The notes below the pieces were generated by a model that worked only from the letters and a program-made list of their open reading frames with translations, ran no database searches and was not told the origin of the DNA. Of a stretch of 64,000 bases of DNA, positions 53,875 to 64,000 are shown one piece after another. Location: the NCBI GenBank assembly GCA_000934665.2, contig KZ538048.1:1-64000 (forward strand), written 5' to 3'. This stretch comes from Catajapyx aquilonaris (Eukaryota). How positions within the stretch are numbered: the first letter of the stretch is position 1; each line of letters begins with the position of its first letter. Made by a program: the position numbers and the translations under genes.

Positions 53875-54948
53875 TAGCCTCATCCAGGTCGGCCACCCGC
53901 CATCCCTCCAGCATCAACTCCATCTAACGGCAATACTGCCAACTCGCAACTAACGTCATCTTGTGGCCATTCCAGTATCTGCTGATTGTTCCTTTTTACC
54001 CCCCCAATTTTAATGTTTAATGCACCAGCATACTTCTAAAAGCGCCTATATCACCCTTGTAATAATAAAACGCTTTAAAAAAATATTGTAAAATCGCGTC
54101 ACGTTGGCTGAAACAACTTTTTTTTTTCCAAGTCGAACGCAGCGGACGTGCAAACTGACATTACAGTCGCCCGAGAGACTCCGGCAGCACAATAGGGGCT
54201 TCGGAATCCAGCAACAATTGAACGTCAGCAATAGAGTCCACCCCCTCCCCCCCTTATCTGTGGGTCCACTGTTGGTGCCTGCCGGCGACCTGATGCCACG
54301 TCCAGCTCGGGCTCGGGATAACCAAAAAAAAAGGACCGGCGTAATTTAGCTTGTCTCTAGTTTCAGGNCCCCCCCCCAACTGTTATCTGCAATTCAGGGA
54401 GATTCGGAGAAAACAAATGGCCCGGTTTTATTCTTTCTGTCGTGGCTCGTGTGCCGCATTTTTTGGACCCTCCTGAGCACTATTTTTTCGCATTCAGTTT
54501 GATGGAAAAGATGGGAGGTTTTAGAACCCAGAATCAATGCGAAAGGGTCAGCAATCCTGACACAATAGGAGTTAAATTTAAAGGGCTATTTTGGTATATA
54601 GCCATTTTCTTACCATTGGCACTGCTGAAATATGACTTGGGTTATATGATAAAGGGTTTTTGGTATCGTCTGTAATTTTAGAGCCTTACAGCCGTTTACC
54701 AACTCTGAACACTAAAACGAACCTAATTGTACCCTTTGAAAACTCGTTCTCTGGAAATTAATCTGCTTAAACACCGTCTTAGACAAAGGTCTTTTAAGCG
54801 GCTGGGTTTTCCAAGTAAAGATTATGAGGATAATTAGAATTTTAGTAGGTCATCCGATGTAACGAAATTAGACGGCCAAAACATCAACACGCGAATGCGT
54901 GAATAATTTTGCGGTGTTGGATATTGCGGGGATTCCCCCCCCCCCCCC

Positions 54949-55252
54949 NNNNNNNNNNNNNNNNNNNNNNNNNNNNNNNNNNNNNNNNNNNNNNNNNNNN
55001 NNNNNNNNNNNNNNNNNNNNNNNNNNNNNNNNNNNNNNNNNNNNNNNNNNNNNNNNNNNNNNNNNNNNNNNNNNNNNNNNNNNNNNNNNNNNNNNNNNNN
55101 NNNNNNNNNNNNNNNNNNNNNNNNNNNNNNNNNNNNNNNNNNNNNNNNNNNNNNNNNNNNNNNNNNNNNNNNNNNNNNNNNNNNNNNNNNNNNNNNNNNN
55201 NNNNNNNNNNNNNNNNNNNNNNNNNNNNNNNNNNNNNNNNNNNNNNNNNNNN
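54949..55252. other. Assembly gap (304 N)
   Basis: N run between poly-C and poly-G. Confidence 0.99.
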
Positions 55253-55730
55253 GGGGGGGGGGGGACGAATCAGAATTCAGCTTCCCGGGAGTCCTTGAAT
55301 TAATTAACGAAAGAGCGGATTTCATGGAATATTCAGGGCGCATCGTGGCAATCCATCTTCACGATTTATGCATTTTGATCCCGCCACTTAATGAATTCCA
55401 GCAGCGATAACTATATGACCACGTCGAGGGCAAATGATGGCGGCAGTGCGGCAAGCAGGCAAAAAAAACTTCAGCTTTTTCCGTATGCAAAAAATGGCGT
55501 CAGGAAGAGTATTAATTAGGTCACGTGTAGTGCAAGCAAGTACAGTAACCTTCCTCACCAGAAATAAACACAGCTCTTTTCCTCCCAACATTCCACGGAA
55601 CCGATGCCAAAAAGTTGAAAAAACCAGTGTGGGCTGGATGTTTCTAGCCAGCGGTCATCAACTTTTAGAGAGTCCGGTGCCAAAATTTTATCGCTTAAAT
55701 CCTGCGTTGAATCTATAATATTAAAATCGG

Positions 55731-55965
55731 TGGGGAGGTGCGGTGGCCAAGCTGGTTACGGCTCTGCTTGCTGATCGGAAGGTCCCGGGTTCGATTCCCG
55801 CCCGGGATTGCCCTTTCGGCTGCGTCAGGAGGGTCTCTGACCCGCTCCTTGGAGGTGTCTGGCAACCTAACCTCCTGGGGGACTGACATGACCCAGTTGA
55901 TGAAATTGCACTGCTTCACATCAGCACTGATGAAATATATGCAGCTTGCTAGGCGTTAATGCCAT
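55731..55965 (+). mobile_element. tRNA-derived SINE (3' end approximate)
   Basis: Pol III A box TGGCCAAGCTGG (55744-55755) and B box GGTTCGATTCC (55788-55798); no proper cloverleaf; continues into a tRNA-unrelated body. Confidence 0.75.
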
Positions 55966-58900
55966 ACTGACACCCCTTATCATGCAGCCACAAATGGTCA
56001 AGTGGAAAAGTTTACTATACGTTAATTGGGCCACCGCCACACACTGCACCTGTGTCCCCTCCCCAAAAATCCACATCTCTATACCCCCATGTCCCTTCAT
56101 CCTTGCACGGAGCTGAAGAAAAATCAAGAAAATAGAAAATATGGTGGTGTTCCACCCCCCTAATAGAGTGATGATCTCTCAATAGGGTAAGATAATAAAT
56201 TAATAAATTAATAAATAATATTAAAATCGTAGCGGGCCTCCTGATTGTTACCGCGACGCTTCCTATTGGCCCACGTTTTACGCATGTGCAGTGGGTGGAA
56301 ACAGCGCCTCTGGTAGGTGGGAGGGGAAACTATCCATTCGTTCGCTGACGGCCGGCGGGTATACTTCGCTCCTCCCACACCCAGTCCCTCCACGACGAAG
56401 CGATTAACAATATGGCCTCATTGATGGCTTAGAAAAAAGTGAGCGAAGCGAGGGTTTTTCTAGGCTCCCTCCGGTACCGGTATATGATCCCAAGGACAGT
56501 GTGCGATACTTGAGAATGCCAGACTGTAAAAGGTCAACAAGGCCACTCCCCAGTTTTGGACACAGTCATTCATAGAGTCCAATTGAATAGATCAGGGACG
56601 TCCTGTTCCTATAGTTGGGTAGCTAAGACACCATTAGGTTGACATTTAGCGTAATTGCCTGATTTTGGGAAGTCCTTTGGCCATGCCGTCCGTGTGGTGG
56701 GTTGGGACAGACTCCCAAACAAGACTCCATTAGTCATCTGCAAACCGTAGGGGGGAAGTCCCTGCCACCTCCTCTGCCGCCGATCCGGGTGCTTTGCATT
56801 AGTATTCCAATCCGGCCTCATGTTCCCCCCCTTCCCCTACCAAAACTCGGTCCCTTTGGAACGGATTAGAGGATGGGCCCGGTCCTACCCAAATCCTTTC
56901 CACTACACTCGGCTTGTCCCTAGGGCGGGGTGGGTGAAGGGAGGAAAAAAAAAAAAGTTTTTCTCTGAGTTGAAGTTTGGATTTCTGGTGCCTCGTTATA
57001 CAGGGTGCCTAATCACCCTGAAACTAGCTGACATTGACGGTATTGCTTCAAAGAGAAGGTTGTCCTTTTTAATATTACATGCAGCGCCACACGACATTGT
57101 ATGCAAGGTCGACTTTTTTATGACTGTTATTACTGGCTTGTAAAGAGTCGTGATTTATACGCGCACTTGAACCGGTACCTTGAATGCTGTGTAAAAACGG
57201 TTCTAAATGGTGTATACGTAATCATCCTTATCCGCAAGATGTACGCAGTATTTTTTTTTTTTTTTCAAGGGGGTATGGGTTAGGAAGGGGGGTTAGGAAG
57301 GTCCCAAAGCCTCTTTTCCTTTCTCATCTCCGCAATGAAGTACAGAGCAGCTCGTTAAAGGATAGGGAGGTCTCGAAAAGCCCATCCCTTTCGTTTCCTC
57401 CACGGGAGCTTTTGGAGACGACGACACGGGTGCGTTTTACGACCTTGCGCATCCAAGAGATTCTTCCAGTTTCGGTCCACTTGGGACACACAAGCGGCCG
57501 TTATAAAAGGAACGTGCGTAAGGATACAAATGTGGGGACAGACCCCCCCCCCCCCCCGGTTTTNTTTTTTCTGAAGTCGAGCTTTGCAATCATACGTGGC
57601 AGGCTGCAACAGGAGATCATCTTCTTTCGGCCATCTTGTCCCCATTTGGGTGTTTCCAGTTGCGGTATACCCAGCGCATAAATGTCCCATTAAAATTTTT
57701 CTAGGGGGGAACGTTACAGCCTTGACTGCGGTTATCGCATTACAAACATTGCAGACGGTTTTATTTTCACGGCTGCCACTACAGTGGTTTTCATTCGTAA
57801 GACCATCAGGCTTCTGGAGAATATTTTTACACATGTTATATAACACTGCGCAGTTGAAATAATATCTAGTGTGAACAACAAGGCTCTTTTTACTTCCCTT
57901 TTTAAGTTCGAGCATTCTTGGTGAGTGTGTGGATATGTGAAAGTGTAATATTACTACAAGGAGTTGGTTTGCGTATTTATATTTCTCGATTAGGTTCGGC
58001 AGGAAATGAATCAATATTTTCTTGGCTCGCTAGCAGCGTGCGATTTTTGACATTTTGGGATACGGCCAGTAGGCCTCTCATTTTTTTGTGTGTAGTTCCG
58101 GCAGGCCAAGACTTGGCCCCGGTTTCAACCATCGGAAAATTTCCATGGCATAATTTCATAAAATCCGAGGCTGCCTGGGGTTACATATTTTATTCCGGCT
58201 GTGGCTCCCGCACTAAACAGTATCTCCCATTAAACTCCACTTATCTCCCACAATACAGACGCAAAACACACACATGATTACGTAACCAAGAACATGTTGA
58301 GAATAAACGATGAACCGTTTTACTACCTCTTTGCCTAGCTCTTTTATAGTATGTTGATCTATGATGATAAAAAAGTCCACGTATGAAATTCCGCCATTAG
58401 CAATCACACGCATTTGAATTTCATTAGTCCGTCGCACCCAATAAACCGTTTCAGGTCCCACTGCCTAGTTGTTTCTACAGTCAGCTTTGCATGAAAAGAG
58501 CCATTTCTGTCCGGTGTGAACCGTGTTAAAACGCGTGTAAAGTTGAAAAGGTTCCGGCCGAGGGTGAAAAAGGTGAGAGGAAAAGGGTGGATTTTCCGGA
58601 AGAGGGCGACCCCCTGTGGCCATTCTCACGGCCACGGGCCGTTTTTTGGCCGGTGGCCGTGTTGAAAGAGAGCCGGTGTGGCACCCTACCCCCACCCCCT
58701 CTTTTTGCGGCAGGGCATGACGGGAATGCAAAGGGCCGTCGCTAATCTTTTCCAACATACACACACACGGCTCCGAATTATTTGTCAGGCCTTTGAGCCG
58801 AGGCTCTAGGACTTGGGGTTCGGTATTACCCCACTTATCAAAGCGCGGCAGTGGCTCTCGCTCCGCTGCAAAAATTTTAATGAGCGACGGAGAGTGAGAG

Positions 58901-59405
58901 GAAATTTGGCTATCCCCCCCCCACCCCCCCTCTAGCAATATTGTTTACAGGGGGGAAATCCTTTCACATTGCGGCAAACGTGATGAGCATCTCTTCTGGA
59001 TACGCCTGTCACAAACTCTGGACAGATTTCAATCCCCTAGATATATTTTTTTTGATGCAAAAAAAATGTCGTGTCGTTTGACAAAAGTAGCAGGGACAAA
59101 CATTCTAATTGGATGTGCAATTTAATGTATTTGGTGAAAGTGGTTTAAAGATTAGCGTAGTGCCATCTTCTGCCTACAGCCACCGGCCTGCTGCCTTTTC
59201 TCTGCCGGCTGCGAGCTAATCACCCGGCGCCTGCCAAATTAATGCTCTAGATAATAGGATCCTGCTGCAGGGCTTCTTGGAATATAAAACGTAGGGGCTT
59301 TATAGTGGGGAAATTACTAGTACGATGAGAATCGTTATGTGCCACACATGGGAGCCAGTTCGAACGATTGCTGATTCCTTTGGAGGCTTTAGGGATATAA
59401 ATTTT

Positions 59406-59510
59406 GGCCACAAAAAAATGAATATCCAGGCCAGAAAATGAATATCCAGACTGTACAAAAATGGATTCTGGGCCACAAAAATATACTGGCAGCAAAAATT
59501 AATATTCGGG
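59406..59510. repeat. Degenerate minisatellite, about 21-bp unit, about 5 copies
   Basis: GGCCA(C/G)AAAA..TGAATATCCAG-like units. Confidence 0.6.
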
Positions 59511-62500
59511 TCATAAAGATGCCATTTTTCGGGAGAACTGCCGATTGTTTCAGAAAATATATCCACCGAGTTTGGAGAAGCCGCACAAATCGGGTTGTAC
59601 TTCCAGGAGGGCAGAGGAGTTGTAGCGAATCCAGGGATGAAATTGAGCTAGATAATTACCTGCAGTGATTGACTGTTCCCTTGTATTGCCCTGTGTGCTG
59701 TTTAAAATAAATCTCATCCTGTTGGAACCGCTTAAATGAGTTCTATAAGGCGAAACGGAGGTTGGAATTACCTCCAGAGTGTATTGCTACCCAAGCAGAC
59801 TGCTGCGTATATTTTGGCCAGAAGACAAACAAGAAGGCGCTTAATTGGTGCTACCCATCAGACGAATTTGATATCATTGTTGGCTACACATCAGATTACG
59901 TCAGTTGGCGTTTGTTTCAAGGATAGAGCGATTGTAATCAGCGGGTGCACGCTTTGGCACGTCGCGTGGAATGCATAATGCAGGTATGCGAAGGTCTGCC
60001 GATGTGATTACACCATCGAATCGGGCCAGATTTCGTCCACAAAATAATCGCGTGCCCCCCCCCCTTCCCCCCACCCCCCAACGAGAGCTGACTCGATCAC
60101 TTTCATTATTTCCAATCGCGATGGGACCCAGGGAGACCAAGCTTTTATTCCAGGTCAGCCAAGCAAAAGCAAAAGTGCTGCATCCATTCTGGTGGGGGAC
60201 TTGAAACATGAATTTCCTGTTCTCAATTCACCGGAGCGACCAAACCATTCCTCCAGCGTCTATTGTTAAAGGTCAGCCCCGGCCTAAAGTGGGGCGCCAT
60301 TAGCAGCGGGCCTTCATTTGCGATTCGGCAAAAGAGCCATCAGCTCCCTGCTATGCAGACATTAGCAAAGAGCCATTGGGGAAAAAGGTTTCCTCCGTTT
60401 CCTCCCACCCCTTTTTTTTCCATACCTTCTTTCTAGCCTCCTGATCCTAATCAACCGCGCTTGAGACTCGGCTACACTCGTGTTAACCGCCAGCTTATTG
60501 CAAGATTAAGAGACATAATCAGCTGCGAACACTTTCCTTCTAATCACAGGTGGCAGCGACGGGGATCCATTAATTCCAGCCTTGCTTGCTTATCAGGATT
60601 CTACCACCCACCCCCACCTTCCACACCGTGCAGCCTGCCAGTCGATTACCACCAAAGCTCATCAGGAGCGCCTGCTTCCACATATATAGAAAGTCCTCCG
60701 AGTAGGAACTTTCAAGGAGGCCATTTTTCTAGCTTTATGACTCCTAGTCGCAGGATTGTCGGGGGGAAGACGAGCTGCGGGTTCCTCGGTGGACAATCAC
60801 CCTCAGCAGGAACGCAATGCGGCCCTAGTCAGAAGGCCAATTTGAATGTGCTGGCTTTTAAAAGAAACACCGATTTCCAGATTCATCAGGACAGGTAATT
60901 GCCTGTCATCTTCTAAATCCGGCTGGCGTGACCATATCATACGATGGTGAGGGCTTAAGAGTCTATCGCATGGCGTCCTATATACAGTACACTGTACCGA
61001 TATAGGGTTTCCTCGGCCACAGGCATGGAAAAATGGCGCAGTCATACTAATTATCCCCTCAAATATGAAGGTATATGCTGCTAACCTTGGTACAGGAGTA
61101 ATTGATAAAAATGTAATTACGGTTGTTTCTTTCAACCTAGTTGTGGGAACTGGGGGAGGTTTTAAAAAATGGTTGCACGAGAGCATCTCCCCCTCTATCC
61201 ATGGGAGTGGAAAAGCAATTACTCATAGCCAGTGGGCAAGTGCGGAAATTATCTATGTGCAGCCAGGACTTGACACCACTATTCTCTAGGCTACAAAGAC
61301 CATGCAGGAGTCTTGCAGGATGAGCCGTGCATGCAAAACCAATAACTGGAGCCAAGTGACCCCCTTTTAGGGGCACCACGGACTAATGGAAACTAGTCAC
61401 GAAAGTTGGCAATGTTCACGTAACATTAGGGCGCAGTCTTTTCAACTGGAAATCTCCCCTTTTCATACCGGCCTGCTGGGGACAAACAAGAGGAGGGGTT
61501 CTCAAGGTGCTGGTTGGAAGCACCTTGAAATGCTACTTTGTGTATGACAAGTTGCCACCATTCAGTTTCCGCATGGAAGCCTGCCGCTGTTTACCTAGAT
61601 ATAAAATAACAGGGCGCGGCTTTGGCAGCCAAGAGCTGGAGAAAAACAGCCTGGGTTTTTGTCACATGATATGCATCTGTATAGAACTCGTAGAATTGGC
61701 TCAAATCCGGTGAATTATTTTTCAGGGAGTCCCTTCAGCTCCGGTTTCACATTTGCGCATATCTCCTCTCTACAGAAAAAATATATATACGTATATTCTG
61801 CATCTTCCTCTTTGTCATCCACAAGTACATACCCGCAGTATGAAAACAGATGCGGCGTTTCTAATTTCACAGCAAGGCCAACTTTTGCAGTTTTGACGCT
61901 CCGGCATGATGTTATATAGTGCGAATTTATCCTCATCACCATTGCCAGGGGCCAAGATAATGTATGAACAAAGTGAGGCATCGCAGTTTTCCCAAAGTTG
62001 ATACCCGAAACGTAATGCCTCGAGTTGATGGAGTAGTTGCGCAAGGCGTGGCTGCTCGTCTTTTGCGAGTAGTGCATCCGTCTGATTATCTAGCAGGCCC
62101 CTAAGAGTACCATCGTGGAAGCCAAGAGGCACTAAAAAAGAGACGCCAAGCTTCGGGTCTACCCCGCCTCTAGAGTATACGCAACCTTCTTTTGCATTTT
62201 TTTTTCTTTTGCTTCTTCCTTCGTCTTCTTTCATCCGACATCTCCTCCGGTTCTCTCTGGGACAAAACAGATATATAAGGCCGCCCCACGGAAATCACTA
62301 GTAATGTATGTTATATCGCCGTGCCGATGTTGAGCCGAGAGCGGCTCTTTTCGTCGCATTTGCAGGGCGTGCCTGCAGCTCAAGTAGTCGAGCATCATGC
62401 ATGTGAATGGGGCTTCTGGCCCACCCCTCGGCCAGCCTACACTTTTTTTTTATTCCAAGTCTGCCAATGTGTACCCAGTCCAATCAGCTCAAAAAATCCG

Positions 62501-63024
62501 CCGCTAAGCCCCTATCAAGCCGTCTAATTATTCTATAATGGCTTGCTGGATCAATTTCCCAATGCATGACGAAAGCCCCTCTGGTAATTGGAATCCTCCA
62601 ACGTCCACAGCATGCACTAGGTCAAAACTGTCACACCGATACCTCTAATCTACAAATTGGCAATGCGATACCGATATCAAGACACGTTTAGGCCCCCGAG
62701 AGGTGCAAATTAGGCACGATTGTCCACATGGGCACATTTCTACAAAAATTCCCCCATATGTCAGCACATGTCCGAAGATCATGAATACGAAATATTACCC
62801 ATTTCCATTATACCGGTCCTCCCTTACCATCTTCCCCCTCCTGCTAATTTGTCCCTTCCTGTCCACCTCATGCTTCCCCCTTCCCCTCTTCCCCATCTGG
62901 CCATGACCCTACGTCCTTCTGCCAACCCTATCTGCCCCAACTTGACCCCCGGAGAGATAAACCTTCCCTTCCTTCATTCTCCTGCTGTATTATAGTGTAA
63001 TATGTATCCAATATTATTGTAAAT

Positions 63025-63025
<1 letters not shown>

Positions 63026-63056
<31 letters not shown>

Positions 63057-63260
63057 TATTTGTCACCCCGTGATAGGGCCATGGGCCCTCTTGGGGGNGG
63101 GGGGGGGTGGAACATTCCATTTACTATGATTTTTCTTCAGACACCATGCAGGGATGAAAGGGTATAGGGTAGGGATGGGGATCCAATTGTAAATATAGTA
63201 GTTATTGGCCAACATATGCACTTTACTCCCCGATCTCACATGGTATACCACCAAAAATTA
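63026..63260 (-). repeat. (TAAA)n tail with adjacent C-rich segment, possible LINE 3' end
   Basis: (ATTT)n at about 63026-63057 on + strand; minus strand reads ...GGGGTGACAAATATAAATAAATAAA. No RT motifs recognised. Confidence 0.35.
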
Positions 63261-64000
63261 TTCATTTCAAATTTCAAATTTCCCTCCTGCCACCGGTCAA
63301 TCCGCGCCCTCTATCAACACGGAAACGAACCAAAGGGCGATGTCCGTAAACTTGTGTCCCTGACACGTCCAACAGTGACCCCCAACAAGCCACAGGCCAT
63401 CAGCAGCCCAATTTCCTGTCACACTGCAGTCGATCCTGNCCCCCAACACCTCATGGTGCAGCCATTAATCAAGGGAGCCCGAGTCAAGAATAATCTGAAT
63501 CGGACATTAAACCGGCCGGGGCCTCACCTTGCAAATCACGTCAGTAAGAGGAAAGCTTCCCGTTCGCTTACACCGCTTTCATTGCGATAAATGGAGGTGG
63601 GCTCAAAAGGGGCCTCACGCGAACTGGCTTTGCTTGCGTGGATATTATAGAAAGAGCAGAATGCCGACGGCCAGCTTATGCAAACTGACGTGCAAAAACC
63701 TCCGCCAAGTCGCATCATATTAACGGGGCTCGCCTCTGCCAAACTGCTTGTCATAATTGTACGGATTTATGCAGGTTTCCGGAAGAAAAGCCGGGGCCTG
63801 CTCGTTACGACCCTAGACTAAAACCCATTGCTTTATGCTTTACAGCGTGTAAAACGTCGTGGCAATTCCAGCCTGCAAATGGACACGTAAAATCTCAGGT
63901 ATAGTCGGTTGTCGCAAGGATGGGTCTTGGGGAGAATTAATAAACAAGAGTAGTAAGTTTACCACTTGAAGGACGGACTGAAGGCCAACTGGACCGCATG

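Noticed and set aside
54834..55343. ORFs spanning the N gap (also those at 616-1151)
   Set aside because: Artefacts of ambiguous bases.
55731..55806. Possible tRNA gene
   Set aside because: No consistent acceptor or anticodon stems; better explained as a SINE head.
57355..58014. 219-aa ORF
   Set aside because: Crosses poly-G and an N base; no recognisable homology.
59406..59510. CRISPR-like repeat array
   Set aside because: Degenerate abutting units with no unique spacers, no cas genes, eukaryotic context.

Overview
Eukaryotic (invertebrate, probably arthropod-type) genomic DNA with two short assembly gaps. No prokaryotic operon, CRISPR array, rRNA or intact tRNA is visible. Two spliced minus-strand genes can be built by hand with consistent GT-AG phases. 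The first is a divergent PIAS/Su(var)2-10-like SUMO E3 ligase (4970-7725; PINIT + SP-RING + SIM-like motif) with no visible SAP exon and an atypical C-terminal CxxC..CxxC tail. The second is a 3xIg + FN3 + probable GPI-anchor adhesion protein of the Klingon/Wrapper/Lachesin-like group (13255-20123); its signal-peptide exon was not found. The ~44 kb from 20.2 kb to the end looks non-coding (large first intron or upstream region). The window also has many non-autonomous DNA transposons (Tc1/mariner-, hAT-, PIF/Harbinger- and CACTA-type MITEs, one nested), a tRNA-derived SINE, a direct-repeat pair bracketing the PIAS-like gene, decayed exon-like ORFs, and a CpG-poor to CpG-rich transition near 17 kb. 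All calls are by eye; no database search was run.
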